This document shows positions 27,819-36,648 of a stretch of 64,000 nucleotides of DNA, piece by piece. Origin of the DNA: Candidatus Omnitrophota bacterium (GTDB taxonomy: Bacteria; Omnitrophota; Gorgyraeia; Zapsychrales; Zapsychraceae); NCBI GenBank assembly GCA_015232535.1, contig JADFZM010000001.1, positions 35,263 to 99,262 of the forward strand, read 5' to 3'. Each line of letters opens with the position of its first letter. Position 1 is the stretch's first letter. A program made the position numbers and the translations under genes. A model generated the notes under the pieces. That model did not search any database. It was not told the origin of the DNA and saw only the letters and a program-made list of their open reading frames with translations.

Positions 27819-28601
27819 TTAGAAAAACCTTAAATATTTTCGGCATAAGCCGGTTATGAAAATAGGAATAAGGAAAATGCCGGTAAACTCCTGAAAAACA
27901 GCCAGGACTTTATTAAAACCTACAGGCAGTATATCGCCGTACCCTATTCTAGTTACCGTGATATAGCTAAAATAAATTGCCTCCATAAAACTTGGTTTTC
28001 GCACTATGTTGGTGAAAACAAGATGGCCTTGATTGTAAAATATTGCTGAAAAAAGGATAAGGAAACCACCGAATATAATAGTCCTTTGCGGCCGCTCTCC
28101 GTGGCCCCAAAGAAGCGAAGAAAAAGTTAAGGATATCCATGTAAAGAACCGCTTAAAAGCGGTTTTGAAATTGGGTCCTTTGGTTTTAGTTCCGAAAGGA
28201 GTATGCCGGACCCAAAATTTAAGGTTAGGAGTGAGGGATTTTCTGTAACATTCCTGGGAGAGGAAAAAACATTCCGAGAAGCCGACATAGCCCAGGTCCC
28301 TTTCGTGGCAGATACCGGCATGTTTGTAAAGCATGCTGGCATATTCGTAATCGCCTGATTTCTCCGCTTCCTGGGCCCCTTTTTCATAATAAGAGGCGGC
28401 ATAATAATATAGGGATTGACGGCCCGCTTTGAATTCACAACAGCTGGCGGCGGAGGTAAAACAAATAGCGGACTGCTTATGTTCGCCCGATTCCTGAAAA
28501 GACCTGGCCGCTTCAGAAAATAATTTTGCCGCATCGTCAAATTTTTGCTCATCAAGAAGCTTTTGAGCTTCTTTTTCTATTGCTTTAATGTCGCTGATCA
28601 T
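27819..28601 (-). CDS. Two-TM potassium channel with N-terminal cytoplasmic helical (TPR-like) domain
   Basis: Pore helix plus selectivity filter TVTRIGYGD; two flanking TM helices. Confidence 0.75.
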   Translation of the reverse strand: MISDIKAIEKEAQKLLDEQKFDDAAKLFSEAARSFQESGEHKQSAICFTSAASCCEFKAGRQSLYYYAASYYEKGAQEAEKSGDYEYASMLYKHAGICHERDLGYVGFSECFFLSQECYRKSLTPNLKFWVRHTPFGTKTKGPNFKTAFKRFFTWISLTFSSLLWGHGERPQRTIIFGGFLILFSAIFYNQGHLVFTNIVRKPSFMEAIYFSYITVTRIGYGDILPVGFNKVLAVFQEFTGIFLIPIFITGLCRKYLRFF

Positions 28602-28627
28602 CGTGATATAAGCCTGTTCTATTTATG

Positions 28628-28912
28628 CTATTTCTTTTTTATCGTTTTTGAAGCGAACCCGAATGATTTTCCAAGGGAGAACATGATTTGGTCAAGGTAA
28701 TTCTGACTATTAGAGGGCTTAGGGGTGCTTCTTGTTAATTGTTTCGTTTTCTTTATTATTATCGGAGTTGCCTTAGAAGCCTGTTTGCGTATTTTCTTTA
28801 AACGCCGCATTACCGCATTAATTTTCCTGGCCTTAGTGCTTTTTGAAGATGAGGCGGATACATTAACAGCTTTGATCTTGCCAAGCTTCTTTTTTCTTTT
28901 TTTTGCTGTCAT
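28628..28912 (-). CDS. Lys/Arg-rich small protein with conserved C-terminal motif ILGKSFGFxS; paralog of 31188-31457
   Basis: Ends FSLGKSFGFASKTIKKK; the paralog ends YILGKSFGFVSGSLKIKQK. Confidence 0.5.
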   Translation of the reverse strand: MTAKKRKKKLGKIKAVNVSASSSKSTKARKINAVMRRLKKIRKQASKATPIIIKKTKQLTRSTPKPSNSQNYLDQIMFSLGKSFGFASKTIKKK

Positions 28913-28958
28913 TATCTCTCTCCTTTTATCTCTTGCTTTATTATGCTCTGTTCCAATA

Positions 28959-28989
28959 AAATTGTTTAAATTGTTTAAATTGTTTAAAC
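28959..28989. repeat. Tandem 10 bp repeat (ATTGTTTAAA x3) in the intergenic region between the actin-like gene and the small basic gene
   Basis: aattgtttaaattgtttaaattgtttaaaca read directly; 10 bp period equals one helical turn. Confidence 0.8.
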
Positions 28990-28990
28990 A

Positions 28991-30196
28991 TTATTTAGCT
29001 TTGGAACGGCTTAATAGCTGAGAGTTTATCAGGCAACCTTTTGAAACGCAATTAAAAGGGTCTTTGGCTTGTCTAATTTCGTTTATGGGAACCACCATAT
29101 CGATGTTCTTAATTTCCTGTTTTACAACATCTAGGAATCCTCCGACCATTGATGTGCCACCGGCGAAAACAATGTCTATCGGCTCATCGAACTGAGGCGC
29201 TTTATCCGGGCGACGGAAAACTTGAGAAATTTGCCCTAGGAAATAACGGATGTAGTTTTTGTAAAACAGGGCTATTGCTTCTTGCTCCCTTGTTTCCGGT
29301 TTTAAAATGCTCATCCCCTTTTCCTTAACCAAGCCGGCTTTGTTCGGAGATATGCTTAGCACATTCGAAGACTGGAGGTCTATCATATCGCCTCCTTGCG
29401 CTATCGAAAATTCCATTACGACAACCGATTTATAAGCGACGCATATATTTGTCATGCCGCCGCCGCAAGATACCCCAATACCGGTGAACTTCTTCTCCGC
29501 AAGTTCGGATAGTATTACCGCAAAGCCTTCGTTTATCGGACATACTTTGTAGCCGAAACAGGAAAGCATCGTTTCGATAACATTCCGGTGATAATTAACG
29601 TCCATCATGCTGTCCACCGGTTGCGCCGGAACGCAGAAACAGCATATCTCGTTAGGGACTCTCGGTTCCCACAATAAACCCTTCACTATCATATTCATTA
29701 TAGGTATTGCTTCGCGTTCCAACGGATTAATAACTCCCACGTTCATCGGCCTTTGGGTGTTGCGGTCAAAATAATTCGAGAAATCGAAAGCGTCTTTGCC
29801 TAGGATGCAAGGCCTTTCTTTTATCCTTTGCTCGGATATGTTCATTTTCTGCAAAAGTTCTTTGGTTGAGTCATCATCGCGGACAAAAAGAAACGCGTTA
29901 CGGCTATATTTTACCTCTACACCCTTTGCTGTTTCGCGGGAAGAAACGATGTTGGCGGTTCCCATATCAAGGCCGACGCCTAATAAATTAATGTCAGTAT
30001 CAACATCCCCGCTTTGGGAAGGTATTTGAGCAACATCATTTTGGGAGGGGATTTGCGCTTTCTCAACGATAGTCCGGGGTTTTGAAGGCTGGCGGCGGTC
30101 TACAGCATGAATCGCTTTTTTAATTGGTTTTTTATTCTTAAGTTTCTTATTGATCGTTTTTTTTGGCATTGGTCTTTTTCTTTCTTCTAAAGGCAT
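28991..30196 (-). CDS. Actin-like ATPase (MamK/MreB/ParM superfamily)
   Basis: Phosphate-1 loop LGVGLDMGTANIV, GIGVSCGGGMTNI, adenosine motif DIVFAGGTSMVGGF; basic low-complexity N-terminal extension. Confidence 0.75.
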   Translation of the reverse strand: MPLEERKRPMPKKTINKKLKNKKPIKKAIHAVDRRQPSKPRTIVEKAQIPSQNDVAQIPSQSGDVDTDINLLGVGLDMGTANIVSSRETAKGVEVKYSRNAFLFVRDDDSTKELLQKMNISEQRIKERPCILGKDAFDFSNYFDRNTQRPMNVGVINPLEREAIPIMNMIVKGLLWEPRVPNEICCFCVPAQPVDSMMDVNYHRNVIETMLSCFGYKVCPINEGFAVILSELAEKKFTGIGVSCGGGMTNICVAYKSVVVMEFSIAQGGDMIDLQSSNVLSISPNKAGLVKEKGMSILKPETREQEAIALFYKNYIRYFLGQISQVFRRPDKAPQFDEPIDIVFAGGTSMVGGFLDVVKQEIKNIDMVVPINEIRQAKDPFNCVSKGCLINSQLLSRSKAK

Positions 30197-31181
30197 TTTC
30201 AGCGATCGCGCCTATAAGGCAACCGCGGGCAATTGCGTACAAAGGGTCATCGGCCAGAAAGACATTATTGATTTGAACGGGGAATTTTGTTTTCTCGATC
30301 TCACTTTTCAATATTTGGGTAAATCCTGTCGGAAGGGCTGTCCCTCCGGCGCATACGATCTCAATGGGCTTTTTAAAAACCGATCCCATAGATTTTTCTT
30401 CCAGCCTGGCGCGCAGGCATTGTACGGCATAACGAATAAGCTCTTTGTAATATATCGTTATTGCTTTCTGGGTTCTGTCTTGAGGGTTTTTAAGGTTTAT
30501 CCCTTTTTCTTTAACAGAATTGACTTGGCCCTGGCGTATGGCAAGGGCTTTGGCGGCATTTTCGTCTATCCAGTCTCCGGCACGGTTAATGGAAAAACTA
30601 TCGAGTGAATTAGCCCTATCGCTTACGCAAAAATTAAGCATTCCACAGCCGCAGGAAATCCCTATACCGGTAAAGCCGAATTCGGCCAAACTGCTATATA
30701 CGACAGCCATCCCTTCATTAACCGACTTAGCCTTGTAACCTAAAGACTCAATGATCTCCTCTAAAATACCCGTGTGATAGACGACGCGGAATTCATTTAT
30801 AAAAGCTTCGGCCGGAATAGAGTAATAACAAATAGAATTGTTCTCGGAAGCTTTGCCTAAAAGGGCGGTTACGAGTATTTTAAGAATAATCTCGGCTTTT
30901 TCTTCTTTTGGATTAAGGACTCCGTCCTGCATCGGACGGCTTAGGGCAGAACCCATCGTATTAGCCATTTTGTAAGCAGATTCCGCTAAGATGTATAACT
31001 CTTCTCCGATTTCGGCGTATTGCATCCCTTCTTCTTTCAAGAACGAGGTCATTGATTGCTCGATCTTTACTTTTAGAAAGGCATGGCGCAGTTTCTTTAA
31101 AACAATTTTTTCATCTTGAGAAAGGGAAGCGCTGATAAGGTTCATTGTCCCTATATCAATGCTTTTTATTTCTTTTATCAT
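30147..31181 (-). CDS. Actin-like ATPase (MamK-like), second tandem paralog
   Basis: IKSIDIGTMNLIS, GIGISCGCGMLNF, IEIVCAGGTALPTGF motifs. Confidence 0.75.
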   Translation of the reverse strand: MIKEIKSIDIGTMNLISASLSQDEKIVLKKLRHAFLKVKIEQSMTSFLKEEGMQYAEIGEELYILAESAYKMANTMGSALSRPMQDGVLNPKEEKAEIILKILVTALLGKASENNSICYYSIPAEAFINEFRVVYHTGILEEIIESLGYKAKSVNEGMAVVYSSLAEFGFTGIGISCGCGMLNFCVSDRANSLDSFSINRAGDWIDENAAKALAIRQGQVNSVKEKGINLKNPQDRTQKAITIYYKELIRYAVQCLRARLEEKSMGSVFKKPIEIVCAGGTALPTGFTQILKSEIEKTKFPVQINNVFLADDPLYAIARGCLIGAIAENAFRRKKKTNAKKNDQ

Positions 31182-31187
31182 AAATGG

Positions 31188-31457
31188 TTACTTTTGTTTT
31201 ATTTTTAACGAGCCGGATACAAAGCCGAATGATTTTCCCAGAATGTAAAAAAATCTGCTTAAAATGCCCTTTTGGCCTCTTGTTTCAGATTCTATTTCGA
31301 TTTCATCATTTATTTTTTGGGCAACAGGCGTTTTAACTTTTTTTAGTTTATGCGAGCTAGCCTCTACCTCGAAGGATTTTATCGTCTTAGTCGGAATATC
31401 CTCCAGATGCACGATTGGGGGGTTATCTTGCTTTGGGGAATTATTAGTTTCAGACAT
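31188..31457 (-). CDS. Small protein paralogous to 28628-28912 (shared C-terminal ILGKSFGF motif), acidic N-terminal half
   Basis: C-terminus GILSRFFYILGKSFGFVSGSLKIKQK; 7 nt upstream of the actin-like gene. Confidence 0.5.
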   Translation of the reverse strand: MSETNNSPKQDNPPIVHLEDIPTKTIKSFEVEASSHKLKKVKTPVAQKINDEIEIESETRGQKGILSRFFYILGKSFGFVSGSLKIKQK

Positions 31458-31488
31458 GCATTTAGCCTTTTTATGGATTAGAGTATTA

Positions 31489-31908
31489 TTATTTAAACTT
31501 TTCCGATACTTTTTTCAGTAATTTATCGTTTTCGAATGGCTTAAGGATGTAATCATCGCAACCGGAGTCAAAAGCATCCAGCCAGGGCTCTTTTGATGCG
31601 GTAAGCATAATTATGGGTATCGAACTGCCATAACCGTACTTTATCCCTCGCGACTCTTCTTCTTTTCTGATATTCTTTAAGACTTCCAAGCCGTTTATCC
31701 CGGGCATATTGATATCCAGGATTATCAGCTGAAAATGATTATCTTTTATTGATTTAAGGTAGGTTGAAATCCCTTCTTCTCCGTCGGATACGCCGGTTAT
31801 TTCATAGCCTTCTTTTTCAAGAGTTTTCTGGACAAGAGTCCTTGTCCCCCGATCATCTTCAATGACTAGAATTCTTTTAGGCATTTTACACCCTCTCTTT
31901 TGAGCCAT
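31489..31908 (-). CDS. Stand-alone response regulator receiver (CheY-like)
   Basis: KRILVIEDD ... LIILDINMPGINGLEVLKNIRK ... KP motifs. Confidence 0.85.
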   Translation of the reverse strand: MAQKRGCKMPKRILVIEDDRGTRTLVQKTLEKEGYEITGVSDGEEGISTYLKSIKDNHFQLIILDINMPGINGLEVLKNIRKEEESRGIKYGYGSSIPIIMLTASKEPWLDAFDSGCDDYILKPFENDKLLKKVSEKFK

Positions 31909-32000
31909 TAGCTAATAATACATAATAATTATACTGATTATATTATGAAATACGCTGGGTGTAGAGGATTTTTTAAAGAAATTAAGAAACAGCTTATTAT

Positions 32001-32336
32001 TCAGCTTAGTTCTTTTAATGCGGTTTCACGATTATCATGGATTGAGATCATCTTATGCATTTTTGTTATTTCAAAAATGCCGCGGATTTCTTTGTTTACG
32101 TTGCAGATGTTGAATTTACCGTTAGCTTTTTTTAGCATTTGCGTCATTTCGATTAATGTTGCCAAGCCGGAACTGCCGACAAAGCCGACTTTCTCAAAAT
32201 CAACAATCACTTTGCTGGCACCGGCTTTAAGCAATTTAATAAACGAATCCCTTAGCTTTATGGAATCTTCAACGTTGAGCTCTCCGTCAAGCGCTACAAC
32301 ATTGATCCCGTTAATCAAATCAACTTTAATTTTCAC
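32001..32336 (-). CDS. STAS-domain anti-sigma-factor antagonist (RsbV/SpoIIAA-like)
   Basis: LDGELNVEDS ... VDFEKVGFVGSSGLATLIEM with phosphorylatable Ser. Confidence 0.85.
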   Translation of the reverse strand: MKIKVDLINGINVVALDGELNVEDSIKLRDSFIKLLKAGASKVIVDFEKVGFVGSSGLATLIEMTQMLKKANGKFNICNVNKEIRGIFEITKMHKMISIHDNRETALKELS

Positions 32337-32749
32337 TTCTCCTCCTTTTTCTTGTTGAGGAATTTAACCATTTTAATGGTTCGCCCCTCATTCATGAACT
32401 CAAATTTATCCATGATTTTCTCTATCAGGAATATCCCCCGTCCGCTTAGCCTCTCTAAGTTCTTTGAGGTTAGAGGGTTAGGTATATTCTTATAGTCGAA
32501 ACCTGTTCCCTCATCAGACACCTGCATGATCAAATTTCCGTTTTGAATATTTATTTCCAATTTTACTTTAAGGTCGGGATTAAGCTTATTGCCGTGCTTG
32601 ACCGCATTGACCATCGCCTCATAAAGGGCCAGTTTGATATTAAAAATAGCTCCCGGGTCCAGGCCGATGTCAGAAAGCTTAGCCAGCACCGAAGAAAGCA
32701 ATTCGTTTATCAATTCAGTTTTCGAGGGTATGGTTTTTGATATATTCAT
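32333..32749 (-). CDS. Anti-sigma regulatory factor / serine kinase (RsbW/SpoIIAB-like, HATPase_c)
   Basis: EAMVNAVKHGN ... SDEGTGFD ... GRGIFLI motifs; 4 nt overlap with the STAS gene. Confidence 0.8.
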   Translation of the reverse strand: MNISKTIPSKTELINELLSSVLAKLSDIGLDPGAIFNIKLALYEAMVNAVKHGNKLNPDLKVKLEINIQNGNLIMQVSDEGTGFDYKNIPNPLTSKNLERLSGRGIFLIEKIMDKFEFMNEGRTIKMVKFLNKKKEEK

Positions 32750-32828
32750 GTCGAATCTCTTAATTTAAAATAATTTTATACATATTACCAAATTAACCCA
32801 AATATGTAAAAGGATAAGTTGGCGAATT

Positions 32829-34763
32829 TCAGGATATTTTAATTACAATGTATGTTATGTCATCCGATTGCTTATGCTGCGGCTCGAATTTGCGTATGTC
32901 TTTTTCTATAGCCAGCGATATTTCCTGGGCTGTTTTGTTCCTGTTTTTATCGATAACCGAGAAAAGGCGTTCTTTACCGTATAATTTCGAGCGTGAATCC
33001 CTGGCTTCGGTAATGCCGTCAGTATAGAAAATAAATATGTCTCCTTTGGAAAATTTTACGCTGTTTCCGGAATACGCGCTTTCCGTCATGCCCAAAGGAT
33101 AGCCGTCTTCAACATCAAGGAGTTGCCCCTGGGCGCTTCGGGAAAGATGCAGTACGGGAAGATGCCCTCCGTTGGCGTAATTCATGATTTTCTTTTCTGT
33201 GTCAAAAATCGCGTAAAAGATCGTGACGAATAAATTGCTGGAAGATTCTTTTCTTAGTTTTTCGTTTAAGCTGTAAAGGACTTGCTGAGGAGGGGCATCG
33301 GGTAAAGCAAAGAATTTAAACGATCCGGAAACTGTTGTCATAAATAAGCTGGCCGGTATGCCTTTACCCGAAACATCACCGATCATGACCCCTAATGTCG
33401 TCGGGGTGAACTCGTAAAAGTCGTATAAATCCCCGCCCACTTGCCGGGCGGTGAGAATCTTGGCGGCTATATCCATATTATTAGTTCGGGGAAGTATTTT
33501 AGGAAGGAAGCTTTCCTGGATTTTTTTAGCGATCAAAAGCTCATTCTCGAAAAGTATTTTCTTCCTCCATTCGATTACCGATATCATAAGCGCACCGATT
33601 AAGTAAAGAAAAGGCAAGGCAATTAAGGGATAAAACATATCTATCCATACACCGAATAATATAAAAAGCAGAAATGCCGTGAAAAAATAAAGCGTAACGG
33701 TTAAGATGAGAATACCGAAAGCCTTGTTTGGTTTTCCGGCAAATATTCCCCAGGAAATAAAAGAAGCAAAAACAATTAAAAGAAACAAGTTAAATTCTTT
33801 CGGAGCGCGCGTTATAAATCGCCTGTTGATAATAGAATTGATAAGATCAGCGTGAATGGCCAAAGCCGGATACAGCGAGGAAAACGGCGTGGGATGTAGA
33901 TCGGTTGTACCCGTCGCTGTCAACCCTATGATGCATATTTTGTCTTTAAAAAAATTTGGGTCCAAAAATGGTTTTTCCCCTGATCGAATTGAGGCATATG
34001 AGCGCAGGATATCGACAAAGGAATAGTGCTTATAGAATTTCCCCCATTCACCGGCATAATTAACAATGGAGTTTGATTCTTTATCCAAAGGGATTTTAAC
34101 ATATCGGCCCAGGCGAATATATTTGCCGGGTCTATAAATAATATCCTTTTGATCGATTCCAAGATAATCTGAAACTAAGCGCAGGGATACATACGGAACG
34201 ATTTCTTCATTATATTTGATCAAAAGCGGCACTTTGCGGTATTTTCCGTCCGGGTCAGGGATGATATTTATGGGCCCGGCCCCTTTGGAAACTGTATTAA
34301 AAAAAGCCAGGTTTTGCGCGTTAAAACCCTTGGCAATTAAGATATTTTGTCCTTTACTCGAGTCAAGGTCAAAAACGTAGGGTAAATACACATTTCCAGC
34401 CTCTTTTATCGCTTTCTCCATTTCAGCGTCGTTTTGGTCACTTTCCGAGAAGAAAATATCAAATAAAACCGCTTTTGCACCGTATTCTGATAGAACTTTA
34501 ATGAGTAGCGAATGATAACGGCGGTCAAAGGGGAAACGGCCAAGCTTTTTTATCGAGTCATCGGCTATTTCAACAATTACAACTTTTTCGGTGGTTTTTA
34601 TCGGCGGGCGCAGGCGAAACCGCAGATCGAGCATGTTCAGTTCATTTACTTCAAAAACCCTAAGATAAGATCCGTATACTACAATGACAGCCGCAAAAGA
34701 GAAAATAATAACAAGCAGGAAGTTTTGAATGGATATCCAGGAAAAGTTTAACAGTTTTTTCAT
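32829..34763 (-). CDS. CHASE2 sensor fused to PP2C/SpoIIE-type serine phosphatase (RsbU-like)
   Basis: N-terminal TM, extracytoplasmic CHASE2, three TM helices, C-terminal PP2C block (GGDLYDF ... GDVSGKGIPASLFM ... YTDGITEA). Confidence 0.8.
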   Translation of the reverse strand: MKKLLNFSWISIQNFLLVIIFSFAAVIVVYGSYLRVFEVNELNMLDLRFRLRPPIKTTEKVVIVEIADDSIKKLGRFPFDRRYHSLLIKVLSEYGAKAVLFDIFFSESDQNDAEMEKAIKEAGNVYLPYVFDLDSSKGQNILIAKGFNAQNLAFFNTVSKGAGPINIIPDPDGKYRKVPLLIKYNEEIVPYVSLRLVSDYLGIDQKDIIYRPGKYIRLGRYVKIPLDKESNSIVNYAGEWGKFYKHYSFVDILRSYASIRSGEKPFLDPNFFKDKICIIGLTATGTTDLHPTPFSSLYPALAIHADLINSIINRRFITRAPKEFNLFLLIVFASFISWGIFAGKPNKAFGILILTVTLYFFTAFLLFILFGVWIDMFYPLIALPFLYLIGALMISVIEWRKKILFENELLIAKKIQESFLPKILPRTNNMDIAAKILTARQVGGDLYDFYEFTPTTLGVMIGDVSGKGIPASLFMTTVSGSFKFFALPDAPPQQVLYSLNEKLRKESSSNLFVTIFYAIFDTEKKIMNYANGGHLPVLHLSRSAQGQLLDVEDGYPLGMTESAYSGNSVKFSKGDIFIFYTDGITEARDSRSKLYGKERLFSVIDKNRNKTAQEISLAIEKDIRKFEPQHKQSDDITYIVIKIS

Positions 34764-34935
34764 TTATTTTGGTTAAATAATTGCAAAATATGAAAGAAAT
34801 TGATTTTATTTCGCAATTATATCACTTTAACCGCAAAATAAAAGAATATCTTTGAGCAGGATATATTTATAGTTTAATAAGCGATAAGTTTCCATATATC
34901 TTTTATTGAGATCTATTCTCTTCCTTTCTGCTTGC

Positions 34936-36183
34936 TTAAAAGCTCACATTAAGCCGTAGAACCGCCACTTGAGTGTTCTTTATCGACGGATCAACGCTTG
35001 GATTATAGATTACTTGATAATCCGGCTGCAGAGAGATATTTTCATGCAGATGGATAAGGTATGTTGCTTCAATTATGTCTTCTTCTTTATCAAAATCACC
35101 CGTTAGTCGATAGCTGTTTCCGCTTGATGCTCGCCCAAAAGCTAGCCCGAAGACATCCTCATTTCTGTTTGGAAATAGGCCGGTATAATTTATGCCTAAT
35201 CCGATATAGCTATCGATCGTATTTCGGTCTTCAGGGGATTGCCCATATTGAAAAAATATCCCTAAGCCTTCATTTTCATTTTCATTTTCTTTGAATAACA
35301 TTTGGTCAATTATTGCATATATTCCCCGGTTCCCATTATGTTTTATCGGATCTCCGTTTCCATCAGTATCTGTCAGGTCATCTGTATTTTTACTATTATA
35401 CCAGCCACCGATTTTAATCGTTCCCGGTAAATCGCCATAGAGAAGCGGAGTATTTCCTTTAATCTGAATTTCGTATATCGCAAATGTCCCTCTTTCATTA
35501 TTCCAAACAGGGTTTAAACCATGGGGGTTATTGTTCTCATCGCCGGGATCGCCGCTCAGAATAGCACTTAAGAGAGAAAGATGCTCGTTCGGATCAAGCT
35601 TTAAGCGCAGGCCGGGCGCGGCCAAAGGGTATGTTGAGGCTGTTGTATTAAGCGATACGGCAGGGTTAAGGCCAAAAGAGCTGTTAATAAAAAGCGAACC
35701 GTAATCGGTAACATTGAATTCGGAGTTGATATCGTACAAGCCTCCTCTAGCGGATAATTTATCGTTTATAAAACGCTGCTCGTACCACACCTCAAACAAC
35801 CTAAACAGGCGGGGTGCCTCAATATTGTCTAATCCTTGCATATCTCCGGTAAAATCAGCTGATGGAAACCCATTGCCGAAAGTATATATTGTGTTGATGA
35901 AAAACGTGCCTCCTTCCCATAAGGATGCCTTTGAAGTATCTATCTCAAGAGAGCTATCCAATAGTCCTAAATAAGAATCGCCTCTTTTTGTGCCGCCGGT
36001 TTTATTAAACGTTATATCACCGGTATAATCTAATCCGAATGAATATCCTTTTTCTTCTAATTTAGAACGGCATTCTTTAAGAGTTAACTTCTCCCAAAGC
36101 GGTATTTCCGACGCCTCGGCATACATGGCAAATGAAACCAGTAAAGAGTTTAAGATTAATAAGAGTCTTCTTAACTTTTTCAC
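34936..36183 (-). CDS. Outer-membrane beta-barrel porin, carbohydrate-selective (OprB-like) type
   Basis: Signal peptide, alternating beta pattern, terminal aromatic residue (LRLNVSF). Confidence 0.5.
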   Translation of the reverse strand: MKKLRRLLLILNSLLVSFAMYAEASEIPLWEKLTLKECRSKLEEKGYSFGLDYTGDITFNKTGGTKRGDSYLGLLDSSLEIDTSKASLWEGGTFFINTIYTFGNGFPSADFTGDMQGLDNIEAPRLFRLFEVWYEQRFINDKLSARGGLYDINSEFNVTDYGSLFINSSFGLNPAVSLNTTASTYPLAAPGLRLKLDPNEHLSLLSAILSGDPGDENNNPHGLNPVWNNERGTFAIYEIQIKGNTPLLYGDLPGTIKIGGWYNSKNTDDLTDTDGNGDPIKHNGNRGIYAIIDQMLFKENENENEGLGIFFQYGQSPEDRNTIDSYIGLGINYTGLFPNRNEDVFGLAFGRASSGNSYRLTGDFDKEEDIIEATYLIHLHENISLQPDYQVIYNPSVDPSIKNTQVAVLRLNVSF

Positions 36184-36305
36184 AGCTAGATCCTTTCTTT
36201 TGTTAAGACAATTGTTAATTTTAAATTGATTTTACTAATCCGAACTCAGGGCTGGATTCGAATTCAAACTGTAAGATAATATAAAGTTAATCTTTAAAGA
36301 GCATA

Positions 36306-36425
36306 CTAATAATGTTTCGTTCTGAATGCGGCAAATTTTCGTAGCCGATGTGCTTTATGTCTAAATTGCTCGCTGTAAAAGAATCCGGCGAACATAGCTG
36401 TCCCTAGGATTATTTCAATAATCAT
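36306..36425 (-). CDS. Unannotated 39 aa hydrophobic peptide directly behind a Fur box and GGAGG RBS
   Basis: MIIEIILGTAMFAGFFYSEQFRHKAHRLRKFAAFRTKHY; RBS GAGAAGGAGG immediately upstream; Fur box at 36441-36470. Confidence 0.3.
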   Translation of the reverse strand: MIIEIILGTAMFAGFFYSEQFRHKAHRLRKFAAFRTKHY

Positions 36426-36440
36426 GCCTGCCTCCTTCTC

Positions 36441-36470
36441 GTGAATTTGATAATCATTATCATGGTGATG
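36441..36470. promoter_or_regulatory. Fur box (gtgaatttGATAATCATTATCatggtga)
   Basis: Near-perfect match to the GATAATGATAATCATTATC Fur consensus; shares its 23 nt core with the box at 39273-39295. Confidence 0.55.
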
Positions 36471-36478
36471 GCAAAAAA

Positions 36479-36631
36479 TTAACAATGTTTATCTTTTGGG
36501 TTCTCAGCGCAATTAAGGTTTTTCGACCCGCATTTGTGGCAGGCCTCATTTTCTTTGAATGAATTCCTCAAATAAAGTGCCATGCCCAATAACGATATTG
36601 AAAGTATAAAAATCAATGATAATGTTTCCAT
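36479..36631 (-). CDS. FeoB-associated Cys-rich small membrane protein
   Basis: METLSLIFILSISLLGMALYL TM then CHKCGSKNLNC ... HC; 18 nt downstream of feoB. The longer ORF-track call (to 36742) would overlap feoB. Confidence 0.55.
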   Translation of the reverse strand: METLSLIFILSISLLGMALYLRNSFKENEACHKCGSKNLNCAENPKDKHC

Positions 36632-36648
36632 ATTCCACCGCCTTTCGA

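Noticed and set aside
28959-28989. Possible CRISPR array from the aattgtttaa tandem repeat
   Set aside because: There are only three 10 bp units, no spacers and no cas genes. It behaves like a phased operator or short tandem repeat.
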